From Bigelowiella natans CCMP2755 (Eukaryota; Protista; Cercozoa): a stretch of 64,000 bases of DNA. The stretch covers positions 1 through 64,000 of the forward strand of contig ADNK01000517.1 of the NCBI GenBank assembly GCA_000320545.1. The letters are read 5' to 3'. A program made the position numbers and the translations under genes. How positions within the stretch are numbered: the stretch's first letter is position 1; every line of letters starts with the position of its first letter. Shown piece after piece: positions 50,612 through 63,144 of this stretch. The notes beneath the pieces are model-generated. The model was not told where the DNA came from, made no database searches, and saw nothing but the letters and a program-made list of their open reading frames with translations.

Positions 50612-51278
50612 GTGATGGAGGTTGCATGATGAGAATTATAAAATTTCTTCTTTTCGCAAACTTAACTACTGCTACCAGTATTAATTAAAAACCCGTTGTA
50701 CATATATGCGGTTTGATGGGCGATTGACGATTACGTGGCCAGATAATGTCTTCTCCTACGCGAGCGTGCGAAGTAGCTAAGGTCACACAGCAGCTCCTGT
50801 TGGCTTTAATGTCCTCATTTTCATCCGCGACTCCCTCCTCCTCCTGCATCCCATCCGTCACTGTCTCCCTTACTTCCTCTTGCTTTCCCCCTCCCCATTC
50901 CGCGAAACAGAACGCCTTCGACGAGGCATTGTACGAGCTCCCGAAGAAAGGAACGAGAGCTTTCACGGACAGGTTGTTGTTGTTGCACAACAGTCTTCTT
51001 GCGCGTACAGTATGATCCAAAGACCTACTCATATGAGATGATCTCTCCTGCCCCTCTCCGCCTCCTACCCCTACCCACCATTGGCTACAATTTTCATCAG
51101 TTCTCTGATAATGGGGATCTTGCGTGACAACGTGACCAAATGGACGAAAAGCGACGACGCGGACGAGCACTCACCGCATGACGAGGCGGACCATGATGTC
51201 GTTGATGATGATGATGATGAGGGCAAGCGTCGTACCGGGCCTGTGTATAGTGTCCCACCAGGAACTGCACCAAGATAG
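48456..51278 (+). CDS. Divergent 14-3-3 protein
   Basis: Spliced motifs [78 protein letters not shown] and [16 protein letters not shown]. Confidence 0.92.
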
Positions 51279-51678
51279 CATACGATAGTAGCCGATATAA
51301 GTCAATTGTCATTCTAATATTGTAGCTGTGCAGAGCATGTAGCTAAATAATGCACCTACTAGTGCACGACACGATATGGACGCGCGCCTACATATGTATT
51401 ATATACGCAATGTGTTGCTGCTATGGCCCTATCGGCTGCCTTGTGTGCATGGGCTTTCGGTGATGCCATGCTAGCATGGTTCATGTGTGCATGTGTGGCA
51501 CATGTTGGTATATTGGTTCATGAGAGGCTGCAGTGCATGCTAGCACATGCTAGCATGAGAGTGCACATGTATGGTTGGTACACGTGGAGTTATATGAATG
51601 GCCATGTGCACTCAAAAAAAACTTTCATTAGGTATGGCAAGATACCAAGTATGATACAAGCACATACGTGTCTCTTGC

Positions 51679-52265
51679 TCATTCTAATGGTTGAGGTTGA
51701 TCACTCTCGTTGTAATCTTTGATCTCCATGCTGTCGCTGCTGTCCCACGTAGATCTGTTGTACGTCCGGCTGCAACTATTTCCCCTTTGCGCTTTCTGCC
51801 TTTTCCGCTTCCTCTGCATAACAGCGTTACCATCCTGGTGCCCCATGTCACTTATGTCTTCTTCTTCATTCTCCGACCCTCCTTTGTGCTTTGGTTCATC
51901 GTCGATCGTTATCGTGATTCTAGCTGCTGCCACGTCTTGCTTCTGCTCCTTCGCTTTGGGATTGCTGTTTTCGCTAGTAGCCACGTCTTTTGGGTCACTA
52001 TTGTGGTGGTTTTCGCCACCTCCGCCACTGACAACCGCGGGAGAAAAGGAAGGAGCAGGAGGAGGGGGAAGCTCTACTGACAGCTCTGGAGATGTGTCGT
52101 GAAAGCTAAGAAGAGAAATCGTGCACAAGGAGGAGGAAGGAAGCATTAATCGGGGAGATTGCACCAGTGATGAAGATGAAGAAGAAGATGATAATGATGA
52201 TGGTGGTAGATGAATCTTAACGTGTTTCACCACAAAAGCGGCATGGAGAAGAGCGACAGTGCAAG

Positions 52266-52305
<40 letters not shown>

Positions 52306-52308
52306 ACA

Positions 52309-52346
<38 letters not shown>

Positions 52347-52804
52347 ATCCTCCCAGACAACCCTAACACCGTGGTCACTCTGCAGCTTTGCGAGCAATGA
52401 CTTCCATTGCGCACTGCTGCTACGATGTTTCCTGCGCAACCAGCGGGCGACGGCGACGCACAACACAACAACAATAACAACAACAACAACGACAAGAGTA
52501 GCAGCGACAGTTTGATAACGTGGACAATGAATGATCAGGGTGAGGAGGCATCAAGCCATCGTGTGGAACGGTGAATGCATTTCCATTAATACTACTTTCT
52601 TTCTGCTGTCGCCTGCTTGCTACTTACTACCACTACTACCTGTGGATGTAGATGGCTTTGATATCCGACAGCTGCAGCCTATCAACGAATATCAATGCCT
52701 ACAGTGATAATGCGTGAATCATACATACATCAGAGCCTTGTCGGCTAGGTATTGAAAGCACCGATCAGCCTCTATTTGCCGGAGGGCAAGGATCAAATCA
52801 CGTT

Positions 52805-52871
<67 letters not shown>

Positions 52872-55024
52872 CGATATTATATGTAAATATATATATACGC
52901 TGGCCCTATCGTCATATTATGTACTACTATCATCAAACGACATTATTCTAGTATATTGCATCCCCCCCCCCCTCTCATCCCTCCCCCCGCTCTGCTATCC
53001 TGAAATATGGTCTTCTTCTTCTTCTTCTTCCTCCTCCTCCTCATCCTCTCTTATCGGTCTTCTTACTTACAGTAGGAAATGCTGGGTATCCTAAGTAGGC
53101 ACTAAACCATAGCCTCCCAGCTTCACATTATTCCGTGTATTAGCAGAAGTAGTAGCAGTGGTAGTAGCAGTACCGATAAAAGCACACACACACACACACA
53201 AACAAGGGGGGGGTGAAGATCGTTAATGCAGCGGGAGGAGAGATGTACTGAAATGCGAAACACAGCAGCAGCAGCAGCAGCAGCAGCAGACACACAGTAA
53301 ACAGCACTTGCCATGCCCTGAGGCACACATAATACCTTTTGTGTCCCCTTGATCATAGTAAGTCTGGGGAGGGAGGGTGGGGGGTGGGTGAATAATAATC
53401 ACTGAGAAATGTTATACATATAAATATATTGCATACGGCGTCGTCGTTGACTATTTTACATGATCCTCTCCTTCCTCCCCCCCCCCCCCCTTTTAAAAAG
53501 GGGACCCTCCCCCCAACATACCCCTTTTTCGAAGGTCGCGAATCTGCTCTGAGTCCATACAGTTCTACCCAGGGGGGTGGGGAGGGGGAGGAATGACAAG
53601 GGGAAAAGGAAAAGGGGGGGGGGTAGCCAGCAGGGGAGAGGTAGGAGTGGGAAGCAATACGGAGGATCGTTCGATTAGGTGGGATGCAGCAGGCAAAAAA
53701 AACCAACAAGTATGAAACAGAGGAGGAGGAGGAGGAGGAGGAGGAGGAGGAGGAGGGACAACGATAGAAGCAAAGGCCATCAGCAGCAGCAGGAGGACTA
53801 CTACTACTACTACTACTACTACCACTACTACTACTAGTCCTCCTCTATATGCATTCAATATTCTATAGCATGCCATATCCCACCGCAACGAATGGCTCGC
53901 AGTGCTTAAAGGTTGCGACCACATCCTCTCTCTCTTCACGTCGTCGTTGTCGTCGTTTGCCTTGCTTCTTATTGCTGCTGCTGCCTATATCATCATTGCC
54001 ATAGCTGGAGTCGTTATCATCGGTAAGATTGATGGTGATGGAGGAGGAGGAGCCGTGTTTCTTTCGCAAACCGCTATTCCGTGTCAATACGCCTCTTGTG
54101 GCAGTAGCAGTAGTAGAAGTAGTAGTCGGAGCAAGAGAGGAGGACGATGACGATAAGGAAGCAGCGCCTCCCCCCCCCCCTCCCTTGGCATCATTGCTAT
54201 CTCCGGAACTACCTCGGCATGCACGCCTTGCTACGATCACAATCCTGTTGTATATATATCGTATATTATATCATTGATTTGTCTTTCTATGCTACCGACC
54301 CTCACACACTCCTATTATTACTATTTATGCGTATTTGCTTTTATGTAAGATAGCGAGGCCTTTCAGCATCTATTGAGATACGCAAGATGCACACGCACAC
54401 ACGCACACACGCACACACGCACACACGCACACACACCTGGAACGAAGACTCGGTCTTTGCTTGAGTGTTAGATAGGAGAGTCCCTTCGAACGGCTGCACA
54501 CCATCAGCATGATGAGAGCACGATCAGGGGGAGGAGGGGGAGGAGGGGCTCATGGTGATGAAGATCGCCAATGGCGCAGGTGATGATGATGAAGAAGGTA
54601 ATAATAATGCGGCGACGGCGATAGTGACGATGGTGATGCTGATGACTGTGTCATCGTTAGCAGCAGCATTCACGCTGTAGAGCGCGAAACCCACAAATAG
54701 CACGCAACGGATATACACGCGCATAGTACGATGGGGAGAAGGATATGGGGGGGGGGGAGGCAACTGGCACTACTGCGCCAACAGCATGCATGACATGATG
54801 ATACCTTTCTCTATCACCGTGCGGGTCTCCGCACACATTCAAACGGCCAAAGATAGGAGCAGGACTACAGGAGGAGGAAGAGCAGCAGAGGACGGGAGAA
54901 GAAAGGAGAAGAAAGGAGAGAGAAAGATAAAATGACACAGTTGCAAACACTATGTATGGGCACACTGGACGATAGTAAACTGTCCTTCATCGTCATCATT
55001 TCCTACCCTGCACAACTCTCCGAA

Positions 55025-55067
<43 letters not shown>

Positions 55068-57244
55068 AATTTCTCCTCTTCCTCCTACAACCCTCTTTTC
55101 TTCTTCTTCTATGTTTTTTTTCCTCCTCTCTTAAATACAGCTGCTGCTGCTACTATTACTACTACTACTACTACTACTACCTCGCCCTCACGACTTGGCG
55201 CATGTAAGGTTCGGACATCTCGATCGCCTCTATTCCTGGGAGAAGGCGACCGTTGCTGTCGTGAGGCAGAGCTGCGGACAGCGTTCCAGGCTGCTCGACC
55301 AAACTGCGGAGCAAGCCCTCCGACGAAAGATCTAGCTACGATAGACATAATATGGAGGGGGAGGAAGAAGAAGAAGAAGAAGAAGAAGAAGAAGAATATG
55401 CGAATAAGGAGGAGGAGGAGGAGAAAGGGTTAGACTAACTTCGAGGGCAATGATGAAAAAAACCACCAAAGGTGGCGCTGCTGTCGCTGCTTTGCTCTTC
55501 TACCTCGATATTCACATCGGTTTTCTCCCGAAGGAAGGTCATGATCAGCTCCCTGTCATTGGCGCTGTAGTGGCGAAACAGCAGCTCAAACGCATCATCA
55601 GAGTTTACACCGGAAGTCGTTGCTATCGATTCCACCATTTCCATGAGCATGCTGCTGCTAGTCGCTCTATTGCTGCTGCTGACGTCAGCGGAAGGAGGAG
55701 GAGGAAGTGTTTCGATATTTGTAGTCTTAGCAGTTGTCGTAGTAGTAGTAGTAGTAGTAGTAGTAGTAATGGTAGTTGCGGTGGGGGGAGATGTTGCTGC
55801 CGCTGCTACTGATAACGTTTTATCGGTACGATTGCGCTTGCTACGGCGGGTGCTGCGACGGTACTTTCGTGTCGTCGTGGATGATGGGTTGTCTGCAGGG
55901 GCAATAGCACTACCACCACTATTCGTCGTCGTCGTCGTCATCACCAGCATCTCTTCAAATTGCTGCTTTGGCTCTTCTTTCTGTGTCTCGTGCTGCTCTT
56001 CTTCTTCTTCTTCTTCTTCTTCTTCTTCTTCTTCTTCCAAGTTCATCTGGTTTCCCTCTTTGCTCTCCCCCTCTCCCTTCTCCTCCTCCTCCTCCTCCTC
56101 CTCCTCCTCCTCCATCTCTCCTTCGTTTTTCCAACAAGCACTGCTTTTAGGAATTTGCGTTGTTGTCGGAATAGAGACCGTGTTTATTGTCTTCGTCGCA
56201 GTCGATGCTTTGTTGCTACCGTTACTCTTTCTAATGCCGTCCCATACAGGCTCTATTTCATTCGACTGCTGCTGCTGCTGCTGCTGGTGGTGCTGCTGGT
56301 GTCCTCCTTTTTCTTCCTTGCCTGTGCTATCATCGTCGTCGTTGTCGTTATCGATTCGATCTGGTTTTCGGGTCTTTCGCGCTGATATGCCCTTGGTAGT
56401 CGTTGCACCCTCGCGTTTATTCATTTTCCCTGACGTGGACGAGCACCTAGTAATGATTGCAATCTGGCTGCTGCTGCTGCTACTGTTGTTGTATTCTGGT
56501 ACCGTCATCATCGTTGCTCTCTTTGTAGATGCCGGGATCTTCTTCTTCTGCTGCTGCTGCCATATGGCCAACGAAGAAAGGGATGAAGTTGGGTATGACG
56601 ATAGTCTTTGAAGACTACTCTGGTGTAGTTTCTTGTTCCTTTCATTTTGCTTCTCCTTACCCATCGCTCGGTCACCATTATGCGCTGAATATTCTGCATC
56701 ATTGGAGGATAAAGTCTCGCATGTTTTCTTCCCTTCTGTATCTTTTTCTTCTTCCTTTTTTTCTTCTTTGACACAGTTTGCTGCTTTGTCCTCATTATCT
56801 TGCATCGAATAAGAAGACAGGAGGTGGTCCTTCAAGCGGTCGTCCTTTCATCAGAGTGATATAATGCAGAGAGGAAGAGAGAGGAAGAGAGATAAATGGA
56901 GAACGATAAGTGTTCGCATATTCAAGTAATAAAAGGAAGATTGTTGCATTAAGGATCATCACGCAGATTTGCCTCTCAAACATAATAAGGTCCCTCTCAT
57001 CATATCTTCTTCTCGTGTCGACGACGGACTCGCCCTTGTCAAAACCACTCACCATGTCTTCGCTATCCTCTTCGGATGTCACCGCTATTCCATCATCATC
57101 ATCCCCAAGCATATCTGCCGCTTCATTTCGAGAGGAGGATTGCTGCTGCTGTAGCTGCTGCTGCCGTCGCTGGTGACGATTATGCTCATCGAGTGAGAGC
57201 TTGATCGCTCTCTCCAGTTCGGGATCATTTTCAGCGCCACTCAT
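51679..57244 (-). CDS. Large low-complexity protein with N-terminal UIM and C-terminal DUF3626-like domain
   Basis: ENDPELERAIKLSLDE fits a UIM. Downstream exons give PIFGRLNVCGDPHG..SKGLSYLTLK..LRSRIVI..DVVATFKHC..WFSAYLG..LQLSDIKAIYIH, which resembles the DUF3626 order (YGxLN, G, YG.syl.L, R.T, vAT, EaQihG, l.l..Di). Some exon boundaries are tentative. Confidence 0.55.
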
Positions 57245-57654
57245 CCCGCCCCCCTCTTGCCTCTCCTCCTCCTCTATTATTTCCCTCTCGTCCTCTCCAA
57301 GTGCTCTCTCCCCTCGATCGTATCCTCGGAGATAGAGTCGACACGCTTTGGGAAAATCATGTAATTTACAGGAATATTCCTTGTCGTATGCGATAAATCC
57401 CCTATATGCCCATCGCGCAAGGTGGGGACTTCTTTTTCCACAGGAAACATCCAGAAAGCAGCTGGAAATATGTACGGCAGTTGGGAGAAATTTCTTGTTG
57501 GTTAGTTACCTGTAGTTAGTTCGTTACCTCTCTAGTCGCATCCTTGACTTCACTCTTTCATGAGGGCTCCCTATTCTATCAAAATTGTATCATCCAGATA
57601 TATTTGGCTAGTATTTATGTCTAAGTCATAACACGACGCAGAACACATAAACAA

Positions 57655-58145
57655 ATGGAGGACCGGCCCACCGTCGCAGCGGCGACGGGGGAAGGAAAGG
57701 AATCCGGAGGCACCGCCAAGAGCCTGGATAAAGCCAAGAATGCAACAGGGGAACGAACTTCTTCGAGAAAATCAGGTGATGTGCTCTGTGGTGTTTGCGG
57801 GGGGCGAGAAATAAGCGGGAACCAGGCCACTGTGCAAAGCAGCACAAAGAAGTATTACCGCCGGGGGAGGGGATAGATGTCAAGGTTGCAAGACAGGTGG
57901 CAGCAAGTTGTTTTTCCGACACTAACATCGTGCAACTGGTTTTGCATTGTTCTGGGTACTACTACTTGTAAGCAGAAATAGTAGTAGGGCGTGAAGAGGG
58001 AGCAGGCTCCGACAGGGATGCCGAAGAGAAGGAGGAGGAGGAGCTCGTCATCGCAGCTTTATATAAGTTCTTCGACCTGAAAAGTATTTTAATGCTCCTA
58101 GATATCCTGCTGCTACTTCCTTTCGTTCCCCATCTGAGCCTATAT

Positions 58146-58185
<40 letters not shown>

Positions 58186-58796
58186 CACATATATATTCAG
58201 CGGGCCACATGTTAATTGTCGTTAATTGTCACTTTTATTTGGGTTGAGGAGTTAATTTTCCACGTTGATCCCTCAGACTACAAAGAGCTTCGCAATCACC
58301 TTCTTGCACGTTGCGAGCTTAATGGCGTGACCGGTGTCCTGATAGTGGTAATAATCAGGATCTCTCGTGTCGCGTCCTGTGTAATATGCACTTCGTCGCC
58401 CACGTCGTCGTCACCATCATTATCATCATTATCATCATCATCTTCACCATCATTATCATTAGTAGCAGTAGTAGCAGTAGTAGCAGCAACATCGTTGTCC
58501 ATCATCACCATGATGGTTTTCAATTGGCCAATAGTGAGAAACAACGATATTAAGGTAATTGAATGGTGTTGGCGCATAATAGGCTCCGGAGGGTATCAAC
58601 GGCACGATCTGTGGCACACGGAAGGGCATCGATAAGGTCGTTACGTTCATCAAGAGCCTCGAGGTAGTAGTAGCTAGTAGAAGTGGAAGAAGTGGCACCC
58701 TGTGGAGCCGCTGCTATGAGTTGAATAACCTGGGAGGCGACGTTCGGGGTTGTTTTGAATTATTTTGAAATGTAAATAATACACACACACACACAC

Positions 58797-58839
<43 letters not shown>

Positions 58840-60645
58840 TCATAATCATACAAATGATGTCAAAAGGGTGTCGGCGAGTTGTCTTATAAGGAATCAAAAA
58901 TTCGGCTCAATGAGCGTCCAGAAGGGGCCTTTTTTAGGATGCGCGTTCGAATCAAGAAGGAGATTGGTAGTTTGTTTGCTCTTTCTCTTCTCTTGATCAA
59001 TTCCATCATAATCGTCTTCTTCTCCTTCCTCTCGATTTCTCTGGCTCATCCTCACTCACTACCTTCGTTTGGTTGTTCACGATAGTGACGATGGGGATGA
59101 CCGGTCTTGACCCGGCAAAGACGGTGGGAACGTACATCGAGCCTAAGGTGTGGGTTCGTCTGCCTGCTGCTTGTCATTGCTCATCACCGCGACATAAGGA
59201 TAAAATTCCATATGCATACATTCACCAACTACACACATATGATGCATAGATCGCCATGCTATGTGCGACGCTTTTCACGTCGGAAACCCCGTAGTTTCTA
59301 GAGCTTGTTGTTACGGCCTCCTCCTCCTGCTACCACTAGCTCGTTTACTCAGGCCACCACCACCCTCACCCCCCCCCCCCCCCCAATAACACCTATAGGA
59401 TTGGAACGCTCTCATTGACCGGGAAGACGTTCGTCTCATAGACACACGCAACACGTACGAGACGCTCATCGGCACCTTCAAGGGCGCGGTGGACCCTAAA
59501 ACAGAATCCTTCCGGCAATTCCCCGAGTAATTCTTGACTCGTGTGCGAGAGAATTAGTTGGGAGGGGGGGTGGGGGGGAGAGAAGAGGAGGAGGGACGAT
59601 GCTATTCTGCTGGCGGTGAGTAGCTGACAGCACTGCGCAAAAAAAAATCCCAAAAAATATATATATATTATTGAATTTCATATTCTCAATAATATATATA
59701 TATATACATTGATCATCTGTCATAAATGAAGATGGGTTGCGAAGAACCTCGATCCGAAGCGAGACAAGAGCGTCGCAATGTTCTGCACGGTACTACTATT
59801 ACGTTAGACGTGCACATGCACAACGTTCCGAGCATCACCCAACGACATCTTAACAATCCCATGTTACGTGGGGGGGGGTGGCCAATAGCAGTTACCACGA
59901 GATTTCTTTTGTAGAGTTAAGAATGCCACAGATAGAAGTGGAGGGGTGGGGGGGGAGGAATGCTTCACATAGCACCCGTAAGTTTGAATATCTGATACAC
60001 ATTACCATGGCTCTTCTGCGGCATTTGGCTGCTTGTTTTGGACTCAGCGACAGGGAAAGACGTCGTCTTCCCTCAATCAGTCAATCAATATATCGATCAC
60101 TGAATCGTCGCTTAAGAATTTACACTTCACACACACACACACACACACACACACAGGGTGGGATTCGATGCGAGAAGGCGACCTCCTACTTGCTGCAGAA
60201 AGGTAATGACGTTTCGCAGCGTTTGCTTCCTATCGAGGAGATATGCGTGCATGAATTTGTGTGTGTGTGTGTGTGTGTGTGTGTATGCAATACAACAATG
60301 TGCCCCTCCACGGCTGCTGCCAAAATACTACTACTTGCTACTATACGTCGTCGGTGTGTGCAGATTAGCTCTATCTTTACTACAACTACTACTACTACTA
60401 CTGCTACTGCTATTCCTACTAACAACATTGCGTTCACTGCTGGAACTTAACTGCTCCTTACTTCGCTGGTACTACGATCTAAGGATTTGAAAACGTCTAT
60501 CACCTGAAAGGAGGGATTCTCAACTATCTCAAGGTAGGGAGGGGAGAAGGGAAGGAGGAAGAGCTAAAAGAAAGAAGAAGAAGAAGAAGAAGAAGGACAA
60601 GGAAGGGTAGCAAGTAGATAGAAGAACCAGCTTTGAGGAGTATGA

Positions 60646-60681
<36 letters not shown>

Positions 60682-62137
60682 TATATCAATTTTTACAAAT
60701 ATATAGTATTTAAAAACAATATTTTTGTAGTTTTTATATATTTATTTTAACTAGTATCATTGCGATTATTTGTTTCCCACCACCAGATCATGTGGTAGTA
60801 TTTGTAGCAGTAGTAGTAGTAGAAGTGGTGGTGGTGCTATAAAATGATGATTATAAATAGGAGTAGATATTATATCTACTACTACTACTGCTACTACTAC
60901 TACACCGCAACAGCCAACCCTGCTTCCTCCCCCCCTCCTAATCTCGCAGGAAGTTCCTGAGGAGAAGACGATGTGGAAGGGCGAGTGCTACGTTTTTGAT
61001 GAGAGGGTGGGTAGAAGGAGTAAACAGAATGTGGTTTGTTTTGATTTCTAAGTATATCTTCCTCTTCTCCCCCCCCCCGTCCTCTTCTCTATGTTGCGAA
61101 TGTTTGTCCAAGGTGTCTGTGAGTCATGGTCTGCGCGTTGGAACGTATGGGAAGTGCCGTGCTTGTCGAAGGCCCCTCTCGTAAGCAATGAAAGAAGAAG
61201 AAGAAGAAGAAGAAGAAGAAGAAGAAGAAGAGATGATCCTCATCATGCCTCAACCCCGCAATATCAAACCACCTTCAACTCTGCTACCACTACTACCACT
61301 ACTACCGCTATTACTAGGATTTGCTGTTCTGCAAGAAGACGGTTGAGCAGCAGTCTTCTTGCACGGCAAAAAATCATCGGTGCTCTCTCCTCCTAGCCCC
61401 CCCCCGTCGCGAAACAACCAATTCAAGATTCCATACTATTCTCATTCTATATCGTCCTGTACTTGATTAGGGAAGAAGGGAAGAAGCACCAGCACTACGA
61501 GGTTGATGTGCCAATGCACACACATGATTAAGAGCGTTTGTTGATGATGAGTCTGGCTGTGAAAAGAAGAGCAGAGCGTGTTCTCAAATGTGAGAAGAGG
61601 GGCGGGGGGTTGCTGGAACACGTTGATGCTGGGGGGGATTATTAGCAATAAAGTCCATGGACAAATAATCAAAATTGCAGCAAGATTTACTCACGTAATA
61701 CTTCCTAATCGCATAGGAGGGCGCGAGCTGTGAGCTGTGCTACTCAGAGTAAGAACAATAAAACATTTGACCATTATATCATCATCCTAAATTTTTTTTT
61801 GGATTCACATCCTCTCCCTCCCGCGCGTGTATTGATTGATTGCTTCGACCATGCTCACCACCGTCACCGTATCGTTTATCAGGTACACGGAACAGCAAAG
61901 GCAGCGGTTTCGAACGCGCCACCGGGCAATCGGCCTTGCAAAGGTAGTTCGTGGTGATTGTGTTGGAGAGAATATGAAGATAATTCGTTATTGTTTCTTC
62001 TTTCACTGCTATCCTTTGTTGAGGCACGTGGTGTCCCCCATCTTGGCAGCGCTGCAAGATCTGCGAAGGAGACCAAAAAGAGGGCTCGTGCATGGGCGGA
62101 GCTTACCGAAGAGCCGTCCAGCACAGCAACTATATAA
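57655..62137 (+). CDS. trhO: TrhO/YceA (UPF0176) rhodanese-domain tRNA U34 hydroxylase homolog
   Basis: Spliced motifs [101 protein letters not shown] and CRACRRPL...GASCELC...[21 protein letters not shown]. Stop at 62135-62137. Confidence 0.92.
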
Positions 62138-62552
62138 CTATATATAGCAGCGCCGCGATATGATAATGTCACGGATATAATGAAGTCATGAAAGCCATAT
62201 AACATATCATCTGTGCTTATTGCAATATGCTTTAAAGCGTACATGTTCATATTGTAGCAGCATGCCGGTAGCTAGCAATCTCTTTGTCTTCTTCTTCATC
62301 TTGTAAGACATATTTGATATGTCCATGCACACGTACATGCAATCGTGCGGGGCAGTAAAATAGTTGAATACGTGCATACAAACATGTTGCGTACGTACGT
62401 GCATCTGCTAGGTCGCTGACGTATGTGCTTATTAAGAAGCATGCAATAAGCCGCTGCTCCGTGCTTGAATAATGAAAATTTTACACCTGTAGAGGCTATG
62501 CTACGCATGCGTCTAGACATAAGTTTGCACGACGCTATATGCATATTATATA

Positions 62553-62594
<42 letters not shown>

Positions 62595-62717
62595 ATATGT
62601 AATATTCACAGATGCAGAAATAGACGACGACTGTATTTGTAAGCGTGATGATCCAATCCGTATTGGGGACTTGGGTACTCACTCAAAGAACAAATACATG
62701 CATCGATGATCGATCGA

Positions 62718-63105
62718 TCAATCAGCTGGTTTGGGACTCAATTCTTCTTCAAAGAGGTCCGTCATGCTCACTCCTGTTGGCAGGGGTGGGGGGAGGTCGT
62801 TTTCGTCATCGTCGTCGTTAGCCTGAGAGGGGGAGTCCTTTTGCTTCTTCTTTTCTTGATAATTGATGGGTGGTACAGGCGGTGGGCTGCTGCCGTTCTT
62901 CTTGCCCTCTTGCTGCTGCTGCTGCTGCGTCGTTGTTCTGACTACTTGTTGGGGTTGTATAGTACCATCGTTGTGGTCGTTGCCGCTCCTAGAGAGCGGA
63001 CTACTTTGAGGAGTTAGAGCGTTAAGGCTCTCCTCCTCCTTCACCGTCTCCAGATACTGCGCTTGCTGCTTCTGCCCTCCTCCTCGTAGCATCATCATTC
63101 GTTTT

Positions 63106-63144
<39 letters not shown>

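Noticed and set aside
55435-55505. Apparent frameshift at the end of ORF 55435-56835
   Set aside because: An earlier donor (GAG|GTAGAA after DVNIE) joins in phase to LDLSSEGLL, so no frameshift is needed.
61091-61396. ORF that might be taken as the end of trhO
   Set aside because: Wrong frame and intron read-through. Conserved TrhO tail exons continue at ~61471, ~61716, ~61883 and ~62024-62137.
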